A stretch of DNA of 38,563 bases from Candidatus Omnitrophica bacterium CG11_big_fil_rev_8_21_14_0_20_63_9 (GCA_002796105.1 PCVX01000052.1:1-38563); one strand, 5' to 3'. Positions 1 through 7,679 are shown, numbered from the stretch's first letter. The notes: generated from the sequence alone by a model not told the origin. A program made the numbers and translations.

Positions 1-2
1 GA

Positions 3-2285
3 TCTACTCCAACCCCGCCTGCGCACGTCAACCAGCCGCCCTCCAGCGGCACGCCGCTGGGCGCCTTTGCCCTTCCGTTGCTGAATGGCGACTGGTCGGG
101 AGAAGCGTTCGCCGCCGCTTTGGTATGGATAGCGATAATCGCAGCGCTCACGATGCTGAGCCGGTTAGCATGGCGTTGGCTGCGCCACTTGAACCGGCGG
201 CAGCTGGTAGCAGCCATGATTGGATCCTTGGTCTTAAGCGCCAGCGTGATCGGGGGCTGGCAGGCGCTCAGCCAGCGCGTCCATTACCGTGGAAGCGTTC
301 CGCAAAAGCTACACCTATCTGGCCGTAGCCTGAAGGGACGCATCGCCAGTGCCGCGTTTGCGCAGTGGGTCAGCGACAGCGGATCGGCCGGCGAAGCTGA
401 GGCGCTTAGGCGTTTGGCCGAAGACCCCATCCACGACATTCCGATCACAGACGTCAAGGATATTCAATCCCTCCGGGGCATCCCCCGACATATCGTGAAG
501 TTGGCTGAGGACAGCGCCCACGCCTACCAGCTGCCGCCGTATCTCGTTCTAACGTCTGTGACGGCTGGGGAAGCGCTGAGCACCTCTGCAGGACCACTCG
601 ACTGGAGCCTCCGCATTCTGAAGAGGCGAGGCAAAATCCCCCCCCTCACGCATACCCTGCTGCGCGTGGCGAGCTATCCCTTCTTGAGCCTCGAGACCAC
701 CCCAGAGTGGGGCGACTTTGCTGGCGGCGTGATTGCTGGGGGTAAGAATACGATGGGTTTGGGCCAGATGCGTCCGGGTTGGGTGAGACGCTATCAAGGC
801 TGGAAGCGATTCGGCATCGATGCGAACACCCTCTCAGACCGGCAGATTTCCTGGAGGCTCTTGGAGCCCCGGTTTAGCATCGAGGCCGTCGCCGCCATGT
901 GGCGCGGTGCGGCGGAAGAGGTGAAAGGCTTCCTGAGCGATATCGAAGCAGGCCGTCCGCTCGATTTTGCCGAGTTCGAAAGGGAGTCTCCTTCAGGAAC
1001 GATGAGTCCGAGCGAGGGCGAAACCCTCTACCGGCGTTTGGCCGCGTCGATGCCGGAGTTAATGCGCGAGGGACCCGATGCGTGGTGGCTGGCCATGCAT
1101 CATCCGCTGCACGGGCGCCACAGCAGCCGGCTGGGGCGCTTCGGTGAGATTGCACAGCCGGGGCTGCAGTGCCTCGTGATTCTGTCAGGCCTGCTGGATG
1201 AGAAGCCGGGGAAGCTCATCAACCTTGAGGCTGAGGTTGATGTTGCCCGGGTGCAACGCCTTGGCCTGCGATTTGGTTATCAAAAGCCGGAGGAGGCGCG
1301 CCCGGGGCAATATGCCGAGTTGATCGTGCAGCCGCAGCAGGGACATGCCCAAACGCCGAGCCTTACCGAGGCATTCGGTGAAGGATGGGTTCGGGCCAAT
1401 ACCGGCGCCAAAACCGGTTTTCGTATTAGTGGCGCGCTGGCTAACCCAGAATTTGCCGGAGATCCCCGGGTGAAAGGTGAATACACCGGCGAATTCTGGC
1501 TCGAGCTTGGACAACCCATCAATCTTGGCGTCGCCCCGCTGGGGTGGACTGTGGAGTTTGCCGACCCCGCGCTCGCTGCTCGGCTGTTCACGCAAGTGAT
1601 CATCGCAGATGATCGTTGGCGCCTTGTCGAATCACCCCAGATGCCGGCTCGACCCGGGCGCTTTACGCACACCTTTGATGCCCCCACCGCCGAGGCGCAG
1701 TTGCAGACTCAGACTCAAGAGAGGATGGGTCAGATCGTTGGGCTGACAGAGGATCCGGATCCCTACATCCGCGACGCTGCCCGCCGCGCGCTTGCACCGC
1801 GTGATGAGACGCAAGCGGTTCCTCCGGCGATCAGCCAGCCCCCCTCTGGCGGCATGCCGCTGGGTGCCTTCCTGCTTCCGCTGCTGGGCGGACGTTGGTT
1901 GTTTGATCTGCTCGGACAGCTGATCCCAGCCTTTTTCGAAGGGCTGCGCTCGGTGCTTGAACGTTTCGCCCCGCTCGTTGCCGGCCTGCTCTTGGCGCTG
2001 GCCGTCCAGCAGATTTCAGGCCGCCGGCTGCGTTCCAACGGTTCAACTTCTGAAGATCCAGGCTCTCAGGGCGGCTCAGGCGGCGGGCGGCGGCGCAGCC
2101 CACCACCTCCGACTGGCGGCAATGGCTGGTGGCCGTTCGGCTGGTGGCCACGGCGGCGCCGTCCCGCAGCAGCCCTTCACGCCTTCCTTCGTCTGATGTC
2201 TTCGCGTGCGGTGGTCGCACGCGACGTCATGGCAATGCGGAGTGAAGCATGGCGGCCGTGGCGGTCGCGGGCTCCTCCGCAATAA
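3..2285 (+). CDS. Large membrane-associated hypothetical protein, open at the 5' window edge. The ORF-track start at 78 is only the first in-frame TTG.
   Basis: Frame 3 has no stop codon from nt 3 to 2285. Hydrophobic segments are AAALVWIAIIAALTML and MIGSLVLSASVIGGW near the start and LVAGLLLALAV near the end. The motif QPPS(S/G)G.PLGAF.LPLL.G.W occurs twice, at nt ~33-92 and ~1833-1897. The tail is a Gly/Arg/Pro/Trp low-complexity region. I recognise no protein family. Confidence 0.5.
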   Translation, partial: STPTPPAHVNQPPSSGTPLGAFALPLLNGDWSGEAFAAALVWIAIIAALTMLSRLAWRWLRHLNRRQLVAAMIGSLVLSASVIGGWQALSQRVHYRGSVPQKLHLSGRSLKGRIASAAFAQWVSDSGSAGEAEALRRLAEDPIHDIPITDVKDIQSLRGIPRHIVKLAEDSAHAYQLPPYLVLTSVTAGEALSTSAGPLDWSLRILKRRGKIPPLTHTLLRVASYPFLSLETTPEWGDFAGGVIAGGKNTMGLGQMRPGWVRRYQGWKRFGIDANTLSDRQISWRLLEPRFSIEAVAAMWRGAAEEVKGFLSDIEAGRPLDFAEFERESPSGTMSPSEGETLYRRLAASMPELMREGPDAWWLAMHHPLHGRHSSRLGRFGEIAQPGLQCLVILSGLLDEKPGKLINLEAEVDVARVQRLGLRFGYQKPEEARPGQYAELIVQPQQGHAQTPSLTEAFGEGWVRANTGAKTGFRISGALANPEFAGDPRVKGEYTGEFWLELGQPINLGVAPLGWTVEFADPALAARLFTQVIIADDRWRLVESPQMPARPGRFTHTFDAPTAEAQLQTQTQERMGQIVGLTEDPDPYIRDAARRALAPRDETQAVPPAISQPPSGGMPLGAFLLPLLGGRWLFDLLGQLIPAFFEGLRSVLERFAPLVAGLLLALAVQQISGRRLRSNGSTSEDPGSQGGSGGGRRRSPPPPTGGNGWWPFGWWPRRRRPAAALHAFLRLMSSRAVVARDVMAMRSEAWRPWRSRAPPQ

Positions 2286-2297
2286 GGGAGGTGTTTG

Positions 2298-2699
2298 ATG
2301 TCTGAAATGGATCGGTCTACGGAGCGCGAAGCGCCGTTTAACCGGCGACGCTTTCCGCGCGTCAAGCTGGCTGTGCCCGTGCAGATTGGGCGGCGAGGTC
2401 AGGCTGCGGCCGGAGGTGTGTCCAAGCAGGCGGTCGCATCGATCGAGGTGAGTCCTGGTGGGCTCTACGTGACCACCGAGGAAGGGGAGCGTTTTGTCCT
2501 TGGAGAGATCGTGGCGGTCTCGCTGATAATCCCGTGGCAACTGCGGAACTTATTCCCGTTTTCGCGCATTGTCGGCTCCTGCCGCGTGGTGCGCGTGGAC
2601 ACCGCGGCTACACCGAACGCCGCAGGGAAACAGGCGGTCGCGCTCGCATTTTGCGAGCAGCACACGACGTGTCTCGGATCGAACATGTCGCCCCGATGA
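2298..2699 (+). CDS. Stand-alone PilZ-domain protein (c-di-GMP receptor type)
   Basis: An SD (AAGGGAGG, 2284-2291) lies 6 nt before ATG 2298. RRRFPR matches RxxxR. EVSPGG matches [D/N]xSxxG with E in the first position. Both motifs are in the spacing expected for PilZ, and the ~133-aa size fits. Confidence 0.65.
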   Translation: MSEMDRSTEREAPFNRRRFPRVKLAVPVQIGRRGQAAAGGVSKQAVASIEVSPGGLYVTTEEGERFVLGEIVAVSLIIPWQLRNLFPFSRIVGSCRVVRVDTAATPNAAGKQAVALAFCEQHTTCLGSNMSPR

Positions 2700-2820
2700 G
2701 GTATGAGCATATGCGTTAACGCTTCACCGCACGATCTTTTGCGAAACGTTCTTGAAGCTTCAAGGGGAACATTTTACTTGTGCATTCCACAGGGTTTTCC
2801 TACACTATCGAGTAGACAAT

Positions 2821-3219
2821 ATGCCTGAGGCATCCGCCCGAACGGCCAGTGAGGAATCAATGATTGAACGCCGTCGAGGACGACGAGTGAGCCTCCAGGT
2901 TCCCCTCCAGCTGCGACGCTCTGGACCGCAGGGCCCCGAATCCCCCCAAGAGCATTTCACGAAAAACGTCAGCCTTGCCGGCGTGTATTTCGAAACCGAG
3001 CACCCTGGCAGCCTCAAAGAAAACGACCTCGTGTTCGCTTCCGTGACGGTGCCGGAAACCCAACGGCGCCAGTTTCCCTTTACGCGCGTGGCCGGCCGCA
3101 CCCGCGTCGTGCGTGTGAGTGAGCTGCCGGCATCCTCCGAGGGCCGCAAGCGCATCGGCGTCGCCCTCGAGTTCGGCGAGCATACCACCGCCCTCACCGC
3201 GACACCTTCCCGCGGCTAG
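2821..3219 (+). CDS. Stand-alone PilZ-domain protein, paralog of the upstream gene
   Basis: ERRRGRR matches RxxxR and NVSLAG matches NxSxxG exactly. The C-terminal half resembles the upstream gene (FPF(S/T)R(I/V).G..RVVRV ... (A/V)AL(A/E)F.E(Q)HTT). The start is uncertain: ATG 2821 has no SD, whereas ATG 2860 is preceded by GAGGA at 2851-2855. Confidence 0.6.
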   Translation: MPEASARTASEESMIERRRGRRVSLQVPLQLRRSGPQGPESPQEHFTKNVSLAGVYFETEHPGSLKENDLVFASVTVPETQRRQFPFTRVAGRTRVVRVSELPASSEGRKRIGVALEFGEHTTALTATPSRG

Positions 3220-3254
3220 TCGTTCTTCCGCGCCGCATTCCTTCGTCATTCCTC

Positions 3255-3260
3255 TATAAT
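3255..3260 (+). promoter_or_regulatory. Perfect TATAAT box 6 nt upstream of ATG 3267, a candidate promoter for a leaderless mRNA
   Basis: The sequence reads tctTATAATaggttcATG. There is no SD between the box and the start codon, and no convincing -35 element. Confidence 0.3.
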
Positions 3261-3266
3261 AGGTTC

Positions 3267-4385
3267 ATGCCACGTCCCCGCATCGTTATCGGCGTTGACA
3301 TCGGCGGCACGAAAATCAAAGTCGCCGCGGTCGAGCTGGCTTCCGAGGGAGCCGACCACCGCTTGCTCATCGCCGATGAAGTTCCCACGCCCCGCACGAC
3401 TCCGCCAGTCTTCTATGACCGCGTCGCCGAGCTGATCCGCGCGGTCCGCGCAAGCGCCCAGGAGGCCGGGCACGACATCCAGCCGGTCGTTTCCATCGCG
3501 CATCCGGGCCGGTTTCTCCCGGACGGCACGCTGGCGCGCGCGACGACGCCGAACATCGGCACCGTGCCCGGCCAATTCGATGGGTTGAACCCGGCGGCAG
3601 AGCTGCGTCGGCGGTTGCACCTGGAGGTGCTGGCGGAAAATGACGCAATCTCCCAAATGCGCTACGGATTGGCGGCCTTGCTGCGCGATCCCTCGACGCG
3701 CCCGCACCTGTTGGGCGAGACCGTGGTGTACCTGGGGCCGGGGACCGGCATGGGCGGAGGCGTGGCGCGCATCAGCCGCGGCGGTACCGTCACGCCGGTG
3801 ACTGATGGGCATCTCTTTGACATGCAAGTGCCCGGGATCGGCGACGGCACCCTGACCGCCGAGGAGGTTTTTACCGGGCCGGCGATCGCCCGGCGCGTCG
3901 CCACAGCCAACGAAATGCTTTCCCCGCCGATTGAACCTGCGCGGGGCGGGCGGCTCGATGAAATTCTCTGCGGCGCGGCCGCACCCGCCTCGCACCGCCA
4001 AGTGGCCGAGCGCATTGCCGATGAATACGGGGATGTGCTGGCGGCGATCATCCACGCGCTCCATCAGGGCCAGGTTGCCAAGGTGCGGTTGGAGACGCCC
4101 TCCGATGGACGGGTGCTGCGCCACGTCGATGAGCCGGATCGGGCCTGGAGCCAGGCGGATCGCGCACTCGTGCGCGGCGCGAAGCGGTTTCTCTTTGGAG
4201 GGTTTGTCGGCTCAAGCCGCGGCTTGGGCGTGCGGGTGCGTCATCGGGCGCTCGAGCGCCTGGCCGAGCAAGGCCTGGCGGATATCAGGATCGTGGCGGT
4301 GCCGGCGACTTCAGGCGATGCGGGGGTCTTGGGGGCGGCCTGCGCGGCCGCGGAGCGCGGCTTGCCGGTTACAGGGGCCGCGTGA
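3267..4385 (+). CDS. ASKHA-superfamily sugar kinase (ROK/glucokinase-like)
   Basis: The N-terminal IVIGVDIGGTKIKVAAVE is the phosphate-1 motif of ROK/glucokinase-type kinases. A central LGPGTGMGGG glycine-rich motif is present. I could not find the classical ROK CxCGxxGCxE zinc motif, so the subfamily is uncertain. Confidence 0.7.
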   Translation: MPRPRIVIGVDIGGTKIKVAAVELASEGADHRLLIADEVPTPRTTPPVFYDRVAELIRAVRASAQEAGHDIQPVVSIAHPGRFLPDGTLARATTPNIGTVPGQFDGLNPAAELRRRLHLEVLAENDAISQMRYGLAALLRDPSTRPHLLGETVVYLGPGTGMGGGVARISRGGTVTPVTDGHLFDMQVPGIGDGTLTAEEVFTGPAIARRVATANEMLSPPIEPARGGRLDEILCGAAAPASHRQVAERIADEYGDVLAAIIHALHQGQVAKVRLETPSDGRVLRHVDEPDRAWSQADRALVRGAKRFLFGGFVGSSRGLGVRVRHRALERLAEQGLADIRIVAVPATSGDAGVLGAACAAAERGLPVTGAA

Positions 4386-5694
4386 AGAAGTGCAGCCGGG
4401 CCGGTTCGCTTGCCCGGAACGTCAACGTGTGGTACGGCAGGTTGGCGGGAAGGAACACCGCGCGCGCCGGCGTCACCATGCATGAGGCCGCCGGGCCTGA
4501 AGCGCCTTGCAGCTCGACGGTGACGGCGCCGCGGGTGGCATGCAGCTCGATGAAGCTATGGTGCGGGCAGGGCATGGTGGCCGCCCCGGCGCTGTGAAAA
4601 CGCAATTGCCGAACCAGGAAGTACGGCCAAGCCGTTTCCTCGACCACGCGAAACCACTCCGCTCCGCCCTCGGTGGTTCCCCCGGCAATCATCATGCGCT
4701 GCGGCCGCCGCACGTAGTGAGCTTGCGGGTGCGGTGTTGCATCCATGAGTCGCACGAAGTCCTCGAGGTATGTCCGCGAGATCGTCTTGCGAAATCCAAT
4801 GCGTCCGGCGCGCTCCTTCCCCTGCCAGGCGAACGGCGTGAAGAAGTCCGCGCCGCTTTCGGTTTTATCGAACGTCCGCTGCGGTTCCACCAGCACCCAG
4901 CTCATGCGGCCATCGGGCAACCGCACCTCTTCGTAGATCCACAGCTCGTCTTTCGGGAAGAAATTACCCGGCGCTTTCGGGTGGAGCTGCAGCGACAGGC
5001 CGGCGATGGCATGCAGCGTCGGGGTTTCGATCAGGATGGCTTGATCCGGTTTGAAATCGATGCGATGCATCAGCGAGACGATGAGCCGCCGGACTTGGCG
5101 CTGAGACTCCAGGCTCGCCGCCGCCTCGGACACGCGCGCCGCGTCGACGAACCGCGCGAGGTCCATCCGCGCCTGGCCTTCCCAGTTGGCCGCGGCTTGC
5201 GCAATCGCCCACTGTTTGTAGGCGGCTTTAAACGCCTCGAAGTCGCTGCGCTGCGACAGTGTCGGGTGCACCAGAGGGAGGAGCGTTTCCAGCGCCTGCC
5301 GGTCGCGCCACAGGAGCTCCGCAACGTACGCCTTGAACTCATCGCCGGGCTTGCGCAGTGCGGCGACCGCTTCCGGCGCAAACCCGACATACGCGAACGC
5401 GGGGAAATCGGACGGATCGAGGAACTTCACGAAGAAATACTTCTGCCGCTGGTTCTCTGGGTCGCATCCGTTGGGCCCCAGCACCTCCGGGTGGCGGGTC
5501 ACCAGCGTTTCCATGGTCAGCGAGCCGTCAGCACCGGCGATCCGTGCCGGTTTTTGCGGTCCGGAGAAGAACGGCCAGGTTTCGGATACCGGTTGGTTGG
5601 CGTTCAGGAGGGCTTGGAGCGTGCGGCCGGCCCACTCATAGTGCGTCGTGTTGGGCTCGGTGGTGATGGGCGCAGGCACGAAGGCATTAGGCAT
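4369..5694 (-). CDS. Cupin-type protein with weak resemblance to class I phosphomannose isomerases. Function is tentative.
   Basis: The long minus-strand ORF has non-artefactual amino-acid composition. FFVKFLD ..., ILIETPTLHAIAG and LSLQLHPK resemble the PMI/cupin strands (KvL ... G..HA ... S.Q.HP). ATG 5694 is chosen because the TTG at 5739 has no SD and overlaps the divergent promoter. The 3' end overlaps the convergent kinase gene by 17 nt. Confidence 0.45.
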   Translation of the reverse strand: MPNAFVPAPITTEPNTTHYEWAGRTLQALLNANQPVSETWPFFSGPQKPARIAGADGSLTMETLVTRHPEVLGPNGCDPENQRQKYFFVKFLDPSDFPAFAYVGFAPEAVAALRKPGDEFKAYVAELLWRDRQALETLLPLVHPTLSQRSDFEAFKAAYKQWAIAQAAANWEGQARMDLARFVDAARVSEAAASLESQRQVRRLIVSLMHRIDFKPDQAILIETPTLHAIAGLSLQLHPKAPGNFFPKDELWIYEEVRLPDGRMSWVLVEPQRTFDKTESGADFFTPFAWQGKERAGRIGFRKTISRTYLEDFVRLMDATPHPQAHYVRRPQRMMIAGGTTEGGAEWFRVVEETAWPYFLVRQLRFHSAGAATMPCPHHSFIELHATRGAVTVELQGASGPAASCMVTPARAVFLPANLPYHTLTFRASEPARLHFFTRPL

Positions 5695-5703
5695 TTCTGG
5701 TGG

Positions 5704-5712
5704 ATTATAGCA
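5704..5712 (-). promoter_or_regulatory. Extended -10 element (TGCTATAAT) 9 nt upstream of the minus-strand ATG 5694, giving a candidate leaderless or near-leaderless transcript
   Basis: The minus strand reads TGCTATAATccaccagaaATG. No SD is present. Confidence 0.3.
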
Positions 5713-5733
5713 GAAAATACCACGATTTTTTTG

Positions 5734-5762
5734 TTGCAAAGGAGGGGGTTAGTTATTACAAT
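5734..5762 (+). promoter_or_regulatory. Sigma70-like promoter for the fibre-subunit locus
   Basis: TTGCAA (5734-5739), a 17-nt spacer, then TACAAT (5757-5762). It lies in the only AT-rich patch of this intergenic region, ~90 nt upstream of ATG 5854. A small CCGCC-TGA-GGCGG hairpin (5806-5818) lies in the predicted leader. Confidence 0.4.
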
Positions 5763-5853
5763 ATTTTCATTACATTTCCACCTTCGCAAACGGAGTACAT
5801 CCGGACCGCCTGAGGCGGGCGGTGTGGGTGTCTGGGTTAGGAGGGGAACGCCT

Positions 5854-6459
5854 ATGAAGCATGTGGGAGGGATGGTTCGCACGATCACAGCCATGGCGTT
5901 GGCCACGTATGCCGTGCCTGTATGGGCCGCGACGTCAAATGCCAATATGACGGTGTCGGCCAATGTCGCGTCGCGGGCGAGCCTGACGCTCACTCGCGAT
6001 CAGAATTCCGTGACAAGATTTTCCGCGTCACAGTTGGTGTTCGATCGGTTTGACGACCAGGATAACCAGGGCGCGAGCGGCAATGCCGGCTTCATGTATG
6101 CTCCGTACCGCAGCGAGACTGGGAAGAACTGGCACCTGGCAAGCCTCGTGGCCAACGGCGCTTCGCTGACGCTCTCCGCGAACGTCACCGGCACCGTCGG
6201 CAGCAAGCCGCTGTCGGATGTCCTGAGCGTGTGGTGCGGCGGTTTTTTTGAGCCGGGAACCCAAACGCCGATCGCGGGTACCGCGACCGTCGATGACGGT
6301 GATCAAAATACCGATGACTGGGAAAAGGCCAGCACGTTTACCCGCGCGCTGAACCAGCCGTTCAGCGGCATCGTGCCCTTCACCTACCGCTTGAACGTTG
6401 GCGGGATCCGGTCCGGCACGTACTCGGGTTCTATCACCTACACACTGACATCGAACTAA
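5854..6459 (+). CDS. Secreted fibre-subunit-like protein 1 (SCPU/Csu-pilin-like or WxL-like beta-sandwich, inferred)
   Basis: An SD (GGAGGGG, 5840-5846) lies 7 nt before the ATG. The signal peptide is MKHVGGMVRTITAMALATYAVPVWA/AT. The mature N-terminus is an alternating strand, NMTVSANVAS. It shares the paralog motifs GKNWHLASLV and the C-terminal GTYSGSITYTLTSN. Only the last 202 codons of track ORF 4507..6459 are real. Confidence 0.75.
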   Translation: MKHVGGMVRTITAMALATYAVPVWAATSNANMTVSANVASRASLTLTRDQNSVTRFSASQLVFDRFDDQDNQGASGNAGFMYAPYRSETGKNWHLASLVANGASLTLSANVTGTVGSKPLSDVLSVWCGGFFEPGTQTPIAGTATVDDGDQNTDDWEKASTFTRALNQPFSGIVPFTYRLNVGGIRSGTYSGSITYTLTSN

Positions 6460-6485
6460 CCCAACAACGCAACTGAGACCATTGT

Positions 6486-6526
6486 CGCCCCGCATGTCTG
6501 CGAGCACGTCGCAGGTGTGCGGGGCG
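6486..6526 (+). terminator. Strong nested stem-loop directly after the first subunit gene. It is a candidate attenuator or mRNA-stabilising hairpin and has no U-tract.
   Basis: CGCCCCGCA (6486-6494) pairs with TGCGGGGCG (6518-6526). An inner CTGCGA/TCGCAG stem sits between them. The hairpin is followed by gatggtc, not a T-run. Confidence 0.35.
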
Positions 6527-6546
6527 GATGGTCTTAGGCGCTCCTG

Positions 6547-7119
6547 ATGCCGAGCGTCCTTAGAAGGAGGTGGCTTCCGCCGTGTGTGGCGACGCTGGTG
6601 GTCGGCATGACCACCGGCGCGATGCTCCATCCCTCTCCAGCGTTCGCCCTTGAAGAGCGGATTCAAGATCTGTCCGCCTCCGTTGAAGTCGCCGCGGTAT
6701 TTCAGTGCACGCTCGATAACCCGCATCTTGCATTCGGTTCGGTGACCCCCGGCCAGCCCGCCACGCTCGGCGGCGGCCGGTTTTTTAATGAGCTGCGCTG
6801 CCGCTCGAACGCCGGCCGTCCGTGGTACCTCAAAGCGCACCTGTTGGGCTTGCGGCATCTGGACACGAACCGTCCGCTGAAGGCGGACAGCCTCACTTGG
6901 CGGGTCGTCGACTTCACCGGAGCGGCAGAGCCGGCCGGAGGCCGCCAGGATGCGAAGCCATTCGACGACGATCCGGTGCTGGTTTATGCCAGCCAGGGAG
7001 CGGATGAGAAAGGCCGGGAGGTCATCCTTCGATTCCAGTACACCCTGACCACTCCGGAAGACGCCCCAGCCGGCACCTACGTCGGCGAAGTCATTTTCAC
7101 GATGGCGGAAACTCCATGA
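6547..7119 (+). CDS. Secreted fibre-subunit-like protein 2
   Basis: The signal peptide ends ...PSPAFA/LEE. Motifs are QCTLDNPHLAFGSV, LRCRSNAGRPWYLKAHL and the C-terminal PAGTYVGEVIFTMAETP. It is clearly paralogous to subunit 3: RFQYTLTTPEDAPAGTY aligns with FQFRYQLRIPEEQPSGSY. Confidence 0.75.
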   Translation: MPSVLRRRWLPPCVATLVVGMTTGAMLHPSPAFALEERIQDLSASVEVAAVFQCTLDNPHLAFGSVTPGQPATLGGGRFFNELRCRSNAGRPWYLKAHLLGLRHLDTNRPLKADSLTWRVVDFTGAAEPAGGRQDAKPFDDDPVLVYASQGADEKGREVILRFQYTLTTPEDAPAGTYVGEVIFTMAETP

Positions 7120-7676
7120 AAACTTCGAGACAGGAGACAGGAGACAGGAGACAAGGGAAGCGCGTGATTTCCTTACCCCCTGTCTCTTGCCCCGTGCCCC
7201 TGCGTCTGGCGGCCGCGGTGGTTGTCTGGGTCCTTGCGGCCTCGCCTGCGCAGGCCGCGCTCACACTCTCGACAGACCACCGGTCCGTATTCTTCGGCCG
7301 CATGCAGCTTGACGAGGAAAAAACGCTCGCAGAGCAGGGCGGCTACCACAACCAGATCACCTGCAGCTCGACCAATGGCCAGGCGTGGTACCTGAAGGTC
7401 AGCGTGATCCAACCGCTGAGCAGCGGCGGCCACACGATTCCGCTGGACGCGTTTCGGTGGCATGTGATCTCCACCAGTGGGAGCGGCACGCTCACACACC
7501 CGCGCGAATTCTCCGCGTTCACGCTCGTGCCACAGCTCGTCTATATCAGCACGCCCGCGGAGGCCTCCGGCCAGTCGGTGACGTTCCAGTTCCGCTATCA
7601 GCTGCGTATCCCCGAGGAGCAACCCAGCGGATCGTACTCGACGACCATCCGCTTCACGCTGACGGAGATGCTGTGA
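7116..7676 (+). CDS. Secreted fibre-subunit-like protein 3
   Basis: It overlaps the upstream gene by ATGA. The signal peptide ends ...WVLAASPAQA/ALTLS. Motifs are SVFFGRMQL, ITCSSTNGQAWYLKVSV and the C-terminal SGSYSTTIRFTLTEML. The 5' coding region is built from a GAGACAG heptamer hairpin. Confidence 0.75.
   Translation: MKTSRQETGDRRQGKRVISLPPVSCPVPLRLAAAVVVWVLAASPAQAALTLSTDHRSVFFGRMQLDEEKTLAEQGGYHNQITCSSTNGQAWYLKVSVIQPLSSGGHTIPLDAFRWHVISTSGSGTLTHPREFSAFTLVPQLVYISTPAEASGQSVTFQFRYQLRIPEEQPSGSYSTTIRFTLTEML
7127..7186 (+). repeat. Heptamer-based hairpin, (GAGACAG)x3 + GAGACAA with a complementary CCTGTCTC arm, inside the 5' end of subunit-3 CDS
   Basis: The tandem heptamers lie at 7127-7154. 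After a ~24-nt loop, CCCCCTGTCTC (7176-7186) can pair with GAGACAGG. The element is translated as RQETGDRRQGKR...LPPVSC. Confidence 0.6.
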
Positions 7677-7679
7677 CCA

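Noticed and set aside
540-800. A lytic-transglycosylase (SLT) domain in the first protein, suggested by TAGEALS...GLGQMRPGW.
   Set aside because: Only a loose resemblance to the E-S / GLMQ motifs exists. The spacing and the third AYNxG-type motif are not evident, so there is not enough to support a call.
4369-4385. The 17-nt convergent 3' overlap of the kinase and cupin genes, and the 4-nt overlap at 11541-11544, as possible regulatory antisense features.
   Set aside because: Short convergent overlaps are common in compact GC-rich genomes. No additional structure or motif was seen that would single them out.
4507-5853. The first ~449 codons of + strand ORF 4507..6459 (650 aa in the track).
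   Set aside because: This portion is antisense to the cupin-like gene and has an Arg/Gly/Pro/His-rich nonsense-like composition. The real gene begins at ATG 5854, which has an SD and a signal peptide. The intervening 5695-5853 is AT-rich promoter DNA.
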